Notes: generated by a model not told the origin, from the letters alone. Positions 14,956 to 29,149 are shown, counted from the first letter of the whole stretch. The stretch is DNA of 63,852 bases, filler included, from Welwitschia mirabilis (GCA_051453625.1; 8 parts of one record of this genome joined end to end with filler, not necessarily neighbours in it); one strand, 5' to 3'. Numbers and translations are program-made.

Positions 14956-15729
14956 AATAATCATGACACAAGGAAGTACACACTACCATATAACTATAAT
15001 TTGTAGGAATACCAAATTACAGATTAAGTCCACTTAACATTCTTTGAATATGTAGATCAAATAAACCTAGTTCTTATGTATCAAGATGTACACAAGCATG
15101 AATAAGTTCAATATTCTCTTTACATGATAATATTTTAGATGAATTCAAAAAAATAGAAGGGTTATAGTATATTCCATCTTTAAAGGCCCTCGTTACTCTT
15201 AAATCTAGTACCTTTAAAGGCACTAGAGGACAAACTTGATAGCATAATAACTTTATTAACTTTTAAAATATTTTTGAAAAAGAAGGTGTCCATCAATAAG
15301 AGACTCTTTAAGGATTAGCAAGTTGTTTTTATTAATTATTTAGGGCTTCCTTTATCATCTTTCTCTCTTGTAAATATAAGCATTAGAGCCAATGCAAATA
15401 GAAGTAGTGGAGGCTTCCATGGTAAATACCCTTTGGAGGTGAGCATAAAGAAAAAGAATGAAAAAACATATGATGGAACTATTATTGTTGTTACTTATGG
15501 TATTTCTATCTAGATTATTATTTTAAAATTTCTCTACTTTGTTTGACCATGGAGTTAATAAATCATGATAAACAACATTGTTTAAATCTTTACAATGACA
15601 AGAATTAAATAAAATAAATGCAGTTTCCTAAACTTCTCTAGAATAAAATCAAGCAAGAGTAGTTTACTTATTTCTAGAGGACAAATTAGCTAGAAACCCT
15701 ATTTTCCTAGTCATACTTTCACTGCTTAA

Positions 15730-17655
15730 ATGTTTAAGACAATTAAGTCCATTGATGTGTCTTAAAATGATAAAGGATGAGATAACCCTTTTTACAAATA
15801 TAATACATATTAATTATTTGAAAATCATATAAAAACTTATATTAAGAAGATACATATGTATCACCACAAAAAAAGGGAAATGAGATAAAAAAGTAAATTA
15901 CCTATTAAATGAGAGGCACTGCAATAGAAGATGGACTTTTTAGGAAATAAGATTATTGTTAACTTCAAACTAATTTTGTACATTTGTCCATTAGCATCTG
16001 TTGTATTCTTCTTAATATAATAATTTATCAGTATTTAAATGAAAAAGTTTCTAAGACTTTGATTATAAAAAACTACTAAAGAATTGAAATAGGATAAAAC
16101 ATGAAACAAAACTTTGTTTACAAGTTGTTCAAACTATTAAATATTTTCAAAACATGCTTAGTATAATTTTCATTTTAATTGATTCATTTGTTATTAGCTA
16201 TACTATTAATTATATGATTCATTTGCATTCATATCTTAATGTTGGTATTACTCAAGCTTAGAGAAAATGTGCACTTTTTGTAAGATATCACAAAACAAAC
16301 ATACTTATGGGATGCAAAAAATAAAATTATAAATATATCCTTTAAAAGATTGATTTTTATTATATTGAATAGTTCCTAATGCTTAGTGATCAAGTTCAGT
16401 ATTAGAATCCATGATACTCTTGCTCTTGTAAAATTTAGTATCATTTAAAGAAAGAAATATAATGTCAGAGAAATCGTGGTGTAAAAACAACTCTTAAATT
16501 TTCAATTAGACATCCTTGTCATAAATCCAAAACACCCATGTTATAAAACCTTGTAGGATTCTCAACTAATTGGTCAACTCATATGAATGGGTAAAAAGGC
16601 ATTCATGATNNNNNNNNNNNNNNNNNNNNNNNNNNNNNNNNNNNNNNNNNNNNNNNNNNNNNNNNNNNNNNNNNNNNNNNNNNNNNNNNNNNNNNNNNNN
16701 NNNNNNNNNNNNNNNNNNNNNNNNNNNNNNNNNNNNNNNNNNNNNNNNNNNNNNNNNNNNNNNNNNNNNNNNNNNNNNTATATGTTTAAGACAATCAAGT
16801 TCATTAATTAGGCTTGAAATGATAAAGGTTGAGATAACCATTTCTACAAATATAATACAGCTTACTTGTTTGAATATCCTCTAAATAACTTATACTAAGC
16901 AGATATGTATGTTAACCAAAAAAATAGGAAATGAGATGAAAATCAAATTATAAGAGGCACTGTAATAGAAGATGGACTTTCAAGACATAAAATTATTATC
17001 AACTTCAAACAAATTATTTGCATCTATCCATTGGCATATGTTATATGTTGCTCAATATAATAATTTATTAGTATTTAAATGAAAAGTTTTTTAAGACGTT
17101 GGTTGTAATGAACTACTATAGAATAAAAATAGGATAAAACTTCAAAAAAATTATGTTTATAAGCTATTTAAACTATTAAATCTTTTTAAAACATGCTTAG
17201 GATAACTCTCATTTCATTTGATTCATTTGTTATTAGTAGATTACTAATTATATGATTCATATGCATTTGCATTTTGATGTTGGTATTGCTTAAGCTTACA
17301 GAAAATGTGCACTCTTTGCAAGATATCAGAAATAAATATACTTGTGAAATGTAGAAAATAAAATTACAAACATATCCTCCAAAAGCTTAATTTTTATTAT
17401 TTTGAATAGTTTCTAATGCTTGGTGATCAAGTTCAGTATCAAAATATATGGTACTCTTGTTCTTGTAAAATTTAGTAGCCTTTAAAGAAAGAAATATAAT
17501 GTCAGAGNNNNNNNNNNTATGGTGTTAAAATAACTCTTAAATTTTCAATCAAATATCCTTGCCATAAATTCAAAACAACAAAGCTATAAAATTTTGTGGG
17601 ATTCTCTATTGATTGGTCAATCCCATATGGATGGGTAAAAAAGACACTAATGATG
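15730..17655 (+). repeat. Diverged direct duplication of ~0.88 kb (15730-16609 and 16779-17655) inside the CACTA element
   Basis: The two segments align end to end by eye with many transitions. They are separated by an N gap. Confidence 0.85.
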
Positions 17656-19169
17656 ATATATATAATTTGATAATCACATATTTACAAGAGTTGTTTTATA
17701 AGTTCTCTTTGTAGAGTATAATACATCTTAAATGCACATTAAATGCTAAGATTATCCAAGTAATACTCTATATTTTCATGTACACTATTTAGCTATTTAT
17801 GTAATAACCTTATGTATTCTTCATGGTTCTTGAACTCCAAATTTAGACTACAAGTATCATGACTATACCTTTTATGCTGAAAGAATTTCAAGAAATAATA
17901 AGAATTATTTTAGAAAATATTTCAATATATATAAGCAGAAGCATAGAGTAGAAACAATTTTATAAGTAATATCATCCTCAACCTTCTCTGTTAATGAACC
18001 TAATACGTCCTTCAGATTCTTGAAATCAAAGAAATGTCAATCATTATACATAGTGTTTATTTAGAATAAGGTAAGTAAGGTTCTAGATCATGCCTACTGT
18101 TTAACATATTAACTTATTTAGATACATCAAAACACAAAATAAGATAAGGATCACATTCTTATGGGTATGCGTTTAATAAAACACAGAATCAATTAGTTAA
18201 ATAAATTATGCAAGCACCTTTGATTTGAATTTTTAAACACATGTTCAGGTTTTACTATTTGGTCTTCATAACATCTCTTGAAGATGCAATTAGCATAATG
18301 TTTTCATAGATTAAATAAATAATTAAGTCTTACAACTCCTTAGAAAAGTACTTGTAGAGGATGGAAGGTCATGTACTTTTTGAAGCATTAAAAATTAAAC
18401 AATAAAAAACTAAACATTAATTTTGGATAATATGGATAGTGGATTAAATACAGATATTTGAGTAATAGGTAAATAATACAACTTGGATATAGCTATACCC
18501 ATGCTACTATCACAGGTAGTAAATAATTTAAAGGATATAGTTAGAATAATTTATGGATCTGATATGAGAGCAAAATTAAGATTACATAAAAGTAGAGTCC
18601 ATAGATCTTTGAGCCATAGTAGATAACAAACTAAATTATGCTATTAAATGATACTATGGTTCATAACCCCTCTACCATGATAGTGCCTAATAATCAATAT
18701 TATAGCCAGTACATTTAGAAAATGTACTTTAAAAGATCATTTAAAACATCATGTTTTACCATTTCAACCATTTCTTTTGCAAGTTGTATGCCTGCAATTT
18801 TATATCTGCTTGTGTTATACTTCATCTTAATGATAGTATTTTATACCTATATAAGAATAACCATATACAAAATATCTTATGAAAGTCCCATATAGTACAA
18901 ACATTCAAAAGAAATTAAGAACCAAAAGACCAATCTAGATGTACATGAAGGAACTTATGTCTTACCTTCAAGATTGAAGAACTTCACTTTGATAAATTTA
19001 TGAGAAATAGGCTTTGAATAGACTTTAAGCATGTGAGTGATTTTTAAATAATCAATCTATGACTTGAACTCTACATTCTCCATGTCACCGACATATAGAA
19101 ATTATGGAAAAATATTATGTGGGCAATGGAGATATGAGAATGTTAGAATCGAATGATTTCATAAAGATG

Positions 19170-20567
19170 TGTTGCGATGCTAATTTATGGGAATTTAATG
19201 TTGTATTTTGAGTACTTTTGTAGGACATTCATATAAGTTTTGATACAATACTAATGGCTATGAAGATGTGATAGGATGATTAGCGAAACATGTGATATCT
19301 AGCATTTTTGACAATTTCTCAGGCTTAGTCTGATACTGCAGAATTAGAAGAAGGACTGTATGATGCAAAAAATAATTTACCTTGGAGAAAAGAATAAAAA
19401 AAGATTGTCATCCCAACAGTCATCCCCATGACACCTAGGATGACTAGACTTCTAATATGGACAGAAGCGTGCAGTGCTGATAGTGGCACATGATTCACAT
19501 GTTGATAGGGCATTGTCTGCATAGTCATCCAAACAATAAATAGGATGACAGCACTAAGACTATGCACAGGTAATCCATGGGGCTGATGGTAGTACATGGC
19601 ACACTGCCTAAGCTATTAAGGTGGCATCGTCCCCCTTGTCGTGTGGATGACATACTCGACAATAATTATTTTACACTGTAGAAATAAATTCTATTGTAAA
19701 TGGGATCAGATAACCCATGTGGGTCATTAGGGTTTCTGTTTCCTACATTTAGGCTTTTTTTCCAAATCCCTCTTTTGAAAATCTATAAATATTCTTCTCC
19801 TCCTTCATTTCCCTTCCATATTTTGTATCCAATACTTGTGATGGAAGCTTGAAGGGCGAGAGATCCATTCCATGCTGCAATAAAGGAGTCTTCCTGGTGT
19901 CAAGTTGGGTTCCTCTCATTGAGATGCTACTGTTTTGATGTTGTAAGTGGATGTTATTCTGATTTGATTAGATTAATACAATTTCTTCCTTCATCTCATT
20001 ATTGTGCATATTCCTTATGATTTAAGTTGATCTTAGTTAGTGATAAGCTTTGATTTATTTAGATCATAAGGAGAATATTTCTTAAGGTTGACCTTGTTTA
20101 GTAGAATAGATTTGCATTATTTATTTCTTTCTTTTCATACTGCATTTAAAGTCTTACTTTGGTAAATCTCATAGCTTATATTGATTAAGAACTAGTCAAT
20201 ACTCTTCTTCTTTGATATAAGTTATAGAGAAGTAGTCTTTGTGATAGAAAGACTGAGATCTAAGTAGGACCTATTAGATCTCCCATTTCTATCCCATTTC
20301 CATTACATCTGCATTCCATATCCATTCACTTGCATTCCATTTCTATTTAAGCATTGCATTTACTTTAATTATTTCCTTTGAATTTTTGTAAATATAAAAG
20401 AATTAAAATACATTAGCAAAATCAATTCTCTAACTCTAAGCCTAGTGTCTTCATTGGATTATGACATTTGGATGAACTACCATCTATACTAAAGTGTGTT
20501 TTCTACATTCTATATGATCTACAAGTTATCTAAGGGTTTTTAGATTGCATAAATTCACATCACAACA
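19170..20567 (+). mobile_element. Solo LTR (family C)
   Basis: TGTTGCGATG...CACAACA with a perfect AGATG target-site duplication on both sides. No PBS or PPT flanks. Confidence 0.92.
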
Positions 20568-23500
20568 AGATGAATGAATAAATATAGGCTAAAGAAAAAT
20601 TAATAGTAGTATGCTTTAAAATATGAACCACATTTATTCAAAATTATAAAACAAAATCTTTAGGTTGGTTATAGTAGCATATAATATCTAAAATAATGTG
20701 ATAATACAATACTAGTAAAACTTTTTATTCTACTACCTCTGATGGATAAACTAATGCCATTTATTCTTACTTGATGATTAGAAATGAATATTACCTAGAG
20801 AAACTTGAGAATGTAAAAAATTCATCATCATCATCTATAAAAACTGCATGTAAATCATAAAAAATAAGATTTAGAGTTCTTTCAACAAATTAATGGTACT
20901 AGTAGATTCAGCAAAATTCTTACCTTTTTGTTTCTTTAATCACTTCATGTCTTTATGATTAACTTTTGTAGTGTTTCACCAAGAACTTAAAGGTTGTAAA
21001 TCCTTTATACTAGATTACAGTAAAACACTACATGAATCAAATGAGATTAAGGGTAGGAAAAGATCTAATAAGGAATAGGTAAAATCTAGATCATCATAAG
21101 ATAAGCCTATTGTAAGTAGGTAATAGGCAAGCAATTATAGATACTTGTCACATGAAATTACAGATAAGGAATGTGTGTAGATAGAATAAAATCCTCCTTA
21201 TTAAATTCACATCAAAACCTTGGCTTCATAAACATTGATTCTCATAAATAAAAATGCAATGTGGAAAACTACTCTAGTTCATATTTCTATTACATAATAA
21301 AGGACTCAATGTTGTTGTCTTAATGTTTAGTTAGAGAAAGCATGTCTAAAATAAGGTTAAGATATTTAGGCATAATGTTGTTAATTCTATATTAAAAGAA
21401 GCCATACTAAAAGGAAGAACATGAAGTCAGTGTTAATTACTCTCGACTAGAAAAAATTCACAAAGGAAATGCAAGGATTTTGAAGTAGTTTACCTCTATT
21501 AAATTCTAATTTATCCAAAGTGAATAAGATACTAAAGAAGTAGGCTAGAAGTAGATATTTCTCTAGTCAATCTTTTTTTAGTTATCCTTCCATTGCTTGT
21601 GTGCTGCCTTCAATTGTTCACTTGTCCTATTTGGCTACCTTCCTGTTTTAACATTGCACTTCCCTTGAATTCTATTCCTACATTTAAGTGTTAGTCTCTC
21701 TTCCTCTCCTAGTCTCAAGTTGATGGTCTTAGTATTTCTATAATTTACTCAGCAATTGTTTAATATATAGTTAGAGAGCCTTCATGTCAAGTTAATAAGT
21801 GAGCATTAAAAGGTAGATTCTTCTCAGCTCTCAAATGGTTGCTAAGAGACATAATAATTCATAAAATTATGCTTCTTATTAAAGACTAGGCTTTTGTCTT
21901 CTAATTTTCTTTAAACAAGACAATAATATACAATTTTAGATTTCCATGGACATGGCCAGACATTGTTATATCTAATCAATAGGGAATAAATAGCCATCCA
22001 AGTTTAACTTTTTGAGGATATCTTCAAATAGAAATTCAATATGTTTTCTCAGAGGGTAGATTTCAATCTTCACTTTTAAAGAGTTTTTTTAATGATAATA
22101 TGCTTGGTTTTCATTTAAGAGGAGATACAAAGGTTTAAAGCTAGATTGCTAAATTCTTCCTATTTTTGTTAGTCCCTCTCAAACTTGTAGATAGATTACA
22201 GTATACATTACGACCCCATGTGAGACAAAATTTATGCTCTACCAAATGTACATGAGATAATACATGAATATTTTTCTAGGAAAACATATAATTTTTATTA
22301 ATGTTTTTTAAATTTACATAAGGAGGGTTGAAAAATAATTGGCTTGTTTAAACAGTAGCACCAAGTTAATATTTGATGTAAAATTTGTCAAATATAGAGA
22401 GGTGCTACAATGGCGAAGGTTGAATAAGTGTTTGTCAGGGAGTGAAGGTAGATATTTATGGAAGTGCTACATTAAGAATTTTGGAGAAAAAAGAACATGC
22501 ATCATTTTATATTATGGATGACTTCAATACCAATATGGTCATTAAAAGTTCTCCTTGTGTATTACCTTCATCCAAATTAACACCCACAATGTAGAGTCAG
22601 TGTTTGCAAAAGATATAAAATTATTAATACTTGTAATATATGCTAAGTTACAGTCTCTTATAATCATAATAGGTATAAAACTATAGATCCTTTGATTTAT
22701 AATTAAAGTTGTAAGCATTACATATATCTTCCTTAATGGTTAATGCCATAAAAGTTGAGAGAGATTATGCTATGATGGTAGCCAAAAGAAATGGAATGTT
22801 AGAATATCCATCGATGGCTAAATGCTCTCACCCTTAAAGCATAAAACATAAAGACTATAGATCTTATTATAATAAGATACAAAGGGTTTATCAAAGTCAT
22901 TAATCTCCCTATTGACTTCATAAAATTAGGTTTTGGATTTCTTTCTTTCCTTTTTTATTTTTGAATTGCCTTCAATCTTCCTGGATTAACATGAGATTGG
23001 CCCTTAGTAAAACCTTAAATTGGCTTATTTGTGTTAAATTTAATATTTGGCACATCAAGAAAAGGGAATTTCACTCACCCTTTACCAACTACATCTAGTT
23101 ATCCATCTTGTTTGAGGTCGAATCTGATCTAGGGCCTCTGAGATCACATAGATGTAGAGCCCTAATAATGCAATCTTTGGATGATAAAGTGAGAGGACTA
23201 TAGTGCAAAAACAAGAGTAGTAAATGGATGGATGTTTATCCACTAAGCAATGCAATTGTGATCAATACTAGAAATTAGTTGAAGGTTATTTCCAATGGCA
23301 AGTACAAAAGTGCATGGTAGAGGATTACTACAATTAAAGATGATAATAGGATGTTTGTCTACTACAATCCATCTTTGGAGACATTGGTATGGCCTATAAG
23401 TGTGCTCCTATAATTCAATTCTGAGATTAATGGTGATGGTGATAGATCTTAAGTTATCTAAACTATTTATTTGGGAAGTACATGAATGTTTATGCCAAAT

Positions 23501-26500
23501 AGAAGTTTCTTGCTAAGGAGCCTTATTTATAAGTAGCTGCCAAAAGCACAGCTTTGTAAAAATAATATTTGCTAGTATTTTTATTATGATAAGGCCTTGA
23601 AAGTCTTGTGAATTGCCTTGCATTAAAATTATAGTTTTATCTAATCTTATATCATATATTTTATTAGAGGTATCAGTATTTTCTAGCTTTAAATAAAAAT
23701 TATTCACAACTAGCTCTATATTAATGTAAGAACCTTATCGTTTTGCTGTTTATGGAGTATCAGAAATGCAATGCCCTTGTTTTTAAACACATTAGTTACA
23801 TAAAAAGGGGGTATTTCCTTGGTGCCATGAAAAACATGGACAAAGTTAAGAGAATTTGAATTACTAAGTGATAATAAAGTAAAACTTGGAAAGAGGTTTT
23901 ATTAACAATTATCAAACATAATTGTTTATTTAATTTTCATGTTAAAATTGAGAGGCCCGCATCAAATACTTTATAGAATTTATGTTTTTAAATAATAGCT
24001 TAGACCTACTAGAAGGAATAAATCTTTAGAGTGTTGAAACCCAAGCATAAGAGACATCCTATCAATCCCAGAAATCATCTTATGATTAAATGTTTCTTGG
24101 CCATACCGGCTCAAGCCATTTAAAGAATTTTGTCAACCATCCTAAGAATTTTATTATTAGAAATGGCATTTTTCTTATTAACATGGTTGACAACATTATA
24201 AAACTACTATGATCAATTATTGTGTATTTCTTTTGACCCCAAATCCATAATATGTGCTAAGATATTAGGTGACATTACAGTGTAGTCAATTAAAGTAATT
24301 ATTTGAATCCTTGAAAGCCTTGGAGGCCTGTGAATTATCTCATTTAAAAATAATAGTTTCTACACACTTTTAATATTATTATATATTTTTCTATAAAGGC
24401 CTAAACCTAAACTAGGTAGTCATATAGAATACTAGGGTAATAGACGAAAAAAGTTTCTTCCTAATATTTTAAGGTCAAGTATTCAAAGATTTCCACTTAT
24501 TTTTAAAAGCATGAAAATCTTTCATATCTACTTCAAATTTGGAATTATAGAAAAACCATAAGAATGGAAGATCTGTATTATGTACTACAATATAATTATA
24601 CCTTTACCAACTACACCTAATGTTTGCACTTTAATTTTGAGTACATTCTTCTTTTTGTTACTTTGCCTTAGCCAAAAGTCCATTTTCATTTTGTTTGTAC
24701 TAGGTAAATTGATTATTTCCTTCTATTATCTACAATATTCACCCTTGATAGTAAAAACACTAGGTGATATCTCACTTATGATTACATTGTTCATAGTAGA
24801 AGGAGCTGCAGATACTAGCAATATGTTTCTTCTTAACAAGGTAGTTCCTTGCTTTTCATTCTTGTTTAAGAATCTAGCATAATGCCAAATAAGATCCAAC
24901 ATCTTCTAAAGATAGAGTATAAGTTCTAGAATTTACTAGGATTTTTATATCCTTCATAGTAATTAAGGAATCTAATATCTCTAATTCACTAAGATTACTG
25001 TCAACATGAAATTAGGTGTACTGTCTAGCACATTCAATGCCTCCATGGTAAGATGTTTAGGGGGATAATATTTTTATCTTCATAATAAAAGGGAATAACA
25101 AGGTAAATGCCTTTACATGGAATGAAAATAACAAAGGATGATTATGAACTTACATAATAAATTTAGCCCAGATATACCCATCTCTATGCTCTAGCATGCT
25201 ACTTAGTATCTTCAAACCCAGACTTATCAGTTTGGTAGATAGATTGAGGTAAGCATCATCCCTTTCATATAATATTTACATTGTATCTATACTGTTAGAT
25301 TAGTTCATGCATTAGAATAAATGAAATGGAATGTCTATGTAAGTTTCTACATATCTTTACGAGCATTTATCCTTATGTATGAAGATCCTAAACAATATCT
25401 AGGAAGGACTTTTCTCCTTTAAGAATCTCTGTCTCCATTAACTAGCTTGTTCCTTGCATCTACTCCTCCTCTAGTAGTTTCTTATAATTGTTATTTGTAA
25501 TCTAAAAAACATCTAGAAGCAAAATTAAGATCTCTTAAATTGAAAAAATGAAAATGTAAATGGATCTGGGGATTGTTGTAAAGTCGTGATAAAATATGAT
25601 AAATTTGATAATTTTAATTTTATTATTTATTGGGTGGGCATTATTCTTATTTTTTCTGCTTCTACTTCTATTATTCAATATTTTTTAGGAGCATCATGTA
25701 TTGTATAGTCTACTTAAGTAAGGTGTATATACTATAATTTGTAAAATAAAATGAATAGAAATCAGATAAGAAATACATCATTGAAGAACAGGACGTACTT
25801 ATTAAGAGTTCTACATGAAACTATGCCACTAATTCATATTTCCATAAGTAAAAAATAATGAAAAGTGAATAATAGAGTTTCAGAATGAAAGATTTCCAGC
25901 ATTGGGTACTATGACCCCTTGTTCCTGAAGGCTTATTTGGATTCATTACAAGTCCTTAGAGGTTGACTTATTTAACCCATTTCTTCTCTTCCTTCTTGCA
26001 GAATATTTCTTCTGGTTTTCTTCCTTTGCATGAATGCCCTTAGATGGATCCTGCCTTTTCCTTTTACATAAAGTAATTATTATGTTAACTAATTCTCTTC
26101 CTCCTCCCTCTTCTAGATTTTGATGATATCCAAGAAAAAATGACTCATGTGTCAAATCTATAATAAGGCATGCATTCTTATTGTAAAAACATATTTCTTT
26201 CTATAAGAGAATCTATGCATTTTTTAAAAAAGAAATGGCTAACTTTTAACTTTCTTAAAAGAGTCATCCTAGAAAGAGATATCCCATATGCTTTAAATTT
26301 TCACTTTATTTTAGAGTTGATGCCACTGAATCAAAAACACATAGCTCTGATGTAAAAGAAAAATGAAAACCCAAAAAAGAATTGTTCTCTTATTTAAAAA
26401 ACAAATCAAGAGATAACTCTTCATCATTTAACTCAGTGATTATTAATGTAAAAATATTAATTTTGTTAGAAGAGTAGTTTGAATCTTGTTGGTTTTCTTT

Positions 26501-27344
26501 CATAGAAGAGAAGAATGTGCTAAAATGTTCCCTCTACACAAGAAATTCATCTACAAAGAGATCTAAATAATTACTTTAAGCTACTTTTAAAAGCTTCTAA
26601 GATGGTTTAACTGCATTAATTAATTCTTGAGTAAAGGATGTGCTTACAGAGATAGATGATGGGTAATGCTAATTTCGTCTTAGGGTTCTTATACATCAGA
26701 GGTAAGTCTTTAGGCTGATTACCATCCTCAATTCCAACCTTCTTTGGATTTAAAGGGGACTATTAACTTGGATGATTGCTGGATTTTTTTAAGTTACAGT
26801 TTCTTCTGGTCTCTAAGTTAAGGTATCATGTTTCACTTCCTATCAATCAGAAGATGAGACTGGAGTACCTTTTTTTTAGAAACCTTTTACTATTGCTCAG
26901 AATTAATGTCTTGTAATATAGGTGTATTTATATCATTTATGGTAACTTTAAGAAGTGATTTATCATTTCAATCCTTAACAACATGTATGACTTTATCCTT
27001 TGGTAGATTATTAGGTTTTAAAATTCTCATCCAAAAGCCACACATTAGTCTTGTTGCATTGGAATCCTTTGCAATTAGGATGGTCAGTGTTTACATTAGG
27101 CCAAAACTAGTTATTACACTTAATGAAGGGTCTTCTAATACTAATATTGTAAATAAGGCCATGAAATGAATTGTTGTGAAACTCCAAAACATGAAAATTA
27201 CATAAGAGCTATTTAATAAAGTTATTTTTATAAGAATTAAATTGGTGAATCTTTATAATTATGAAGAAAGGTAAATCCATGCCATGACAGAGCCACATGA
27301 GAATATGATCTTTTCACCAGCAAGGATTACAATTCTCTCTAATG

Positions 27345-27715
27345 GATAACTGGTCAATGGCATACAAAAATTGGAAACTGCTAATCATGATTTATCTACT
27401 CAATTTCATTTTGCATCAAGAATGCAAATTGTATGGTTAGACATTCATTGATATTAAATCCTTAAGTAACCATTATCTTGAGATCCATAAGAAAAAGTGC
27501 TAATCATGGTTTATCTACTCAATTTCATTTTGTACCAAGAATGCAAGTTGTATTATCAAATATTCACTAATCTTAAATCCTTAAGAAATCATTATCATAA
27601 GGTCCATAGGAAGGAAGTTAAATGGCCTTTCAAAGGATATTCATGTAAACATTACACTAGTTCATTTACTAATAAGAAAGGTATTAAAAGGCAGATATAC
27701 CATTTACTCTTTTTG
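27345..27715 (+). pseudogene. Decayed C2H2 zinc-finger array (three fingers; 119-bp tandem duplication)
   Basis: CKLYG*TFIDIKSLSNHYLEIH, CKLYYQIFTNLKSLRNHYHKVH and CKHYTSSFTNKKGIKRQ fit C-x2-C-x3-F-x5-L-x2-H-x4-H, with the second Cys as Tyr. Repeat units start at 27379 and 27498. Confidence 0.65.
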
Positions 27716-27799
27716 TAATCATCCTTAACTAGTCAAATAAGCCTTTTCACATGCCAAATTTAATAGAAAAATATAGAGTACTTATCATAAATGTCCTTG

Positions 27800-28730
27800 A
27801 TAATAGACTTTCATGCTTCCAATTGCTCCTTTGTCCAAAATCCTAAAGTGGATGGGTACATACAAAATAGATAAGATGTTCTTCTTCAATAAAATGGATA
27901 GAGGAAGAGTATCAAGCCATATTTAGATTTGAGAGAATACTCCTTAGTAATATCAAAGATTCCAATAGCTTTACTAATAAGAAGGTATCCATGATTGGTT
28001 CTCTATAAGTAATACAAGACAACATGAGGTTGTAGAACATTTCCATAAGATCTAATTCTCGTCAATGGCATCAACTCAATTCTATAAAATCATCATTAAT
28101 CTCATTTAGCTTCTATTCTATATATTCTAAAAAATGAATTACTAGAATTCATAAGATATTACTTATGAGAGATTCTAAAGGAGCCCATTTAGTAAGGGTT
28201 GAAGATAGTATTATGGTTATTTTCATCATTCATCTAAATCCACAGATTATAACCCTGATCCTGTTATATTGTGTTATGATGTAAAGACATTTTATAGTTC
28301 TGATCCTATTATGTTTGGCAAATCTGGATGGCACAAAAGAATGAAACCTTTATTTGTAAACTAGATGATGACTCTCTCTTTTATAATAAACATGTAGATT
28401 ATGAAAACATCAAACATTTCAGGAGTAGAATGATTGAGTTTATTTACCTCTACATCTATAGTAATCACAATGAGGATTTAGTGGTTGTAGAATGTTTTCC
28501 TTAATAATGAAGAGGTTAACAATATTTAAAGAATTAATCTAGAGTGTAGATACCAGAAGCACATTCCTTTAATATTGTAATGATCACACTCTTTATAAAC
28601 CTTAAGAAAGTCATGAATATTATCACGAAAGGCTCTGTGATGATTTACAGGGTAGCCATATTCATTGAAGGTGTGGAACTAGAAGGCTGTATCCACTCTT
28701 ATGCGCTTCTTGTAGGCTTCTATAAATACA
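27800..28730 (-). pseudogene. MS1/MMD1-family PHD-finger protein pseudogene (N-terminal part)
   Basis: Minus-strand translation gives FHTFNEYGYPVNHHRAFRDNIHDFL..YNIKGMCFW, LFIIKENILQPLNPHCDYYRCR, a GT..AG intron at ~28447-28378, SHHLVYK*RFHSFVP, and later GIFDITKEY..WLDTLPLSIL. These are colinear with recalled MMD1/MS1 motifs (FG..GFP...GAFRD.IR.FL; IVEE.V.....YCDHCRC.GWS.H.V.KR.YHFIIP; GSFGVT). Confidence 0.75.
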
Positions 28731-29149
28731 ATGATTTGTCTTTATTTGTGCCTAAATATACCTTTCATTAGATCTCTTCCTTACTCATCCATACAAAGGA
28801 AGCATCAAAGGTTAAACATTGATATCCTACATTACTATATTCTCCTAATTTCATTAAATTAAACTAAAACAACATAGTATCAGAGATGGAAGAAAACACT
28901 ATGCTACCTACAAAGATTTTATAACAACATTTTTCAAAAGAAAAAGGCCTAATAAGCTAGACTTCAGTAGGAACCTTAGGCATGCATCCATTGGATCTGC
29001 ACTGATTAACATCATGGACATGTAAAATGATAGCTTTAAAAGCCTCATTTTTCCATTACCTTTTCCCCCAAATGAACTTACAAAAAAACCATGTTATTAT
29101 GCAATTTTGTTTAGTACCTTCATTTAGTTTATTTCTTTAATAAATTTTA

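Noticed and set aside
23520-23850. KDZ-like motifs YYDKA and GVFPWCHEKHG
   Set aside because: They occur in the wrong order relative to the KDZ core and are too short to be significant.
25430-25490. piggyBac-like GGVD motif on the minus strand (TTRGGVDARNKL)
   Set aside because: An isolated 4-residue match with no other piggyBac features.
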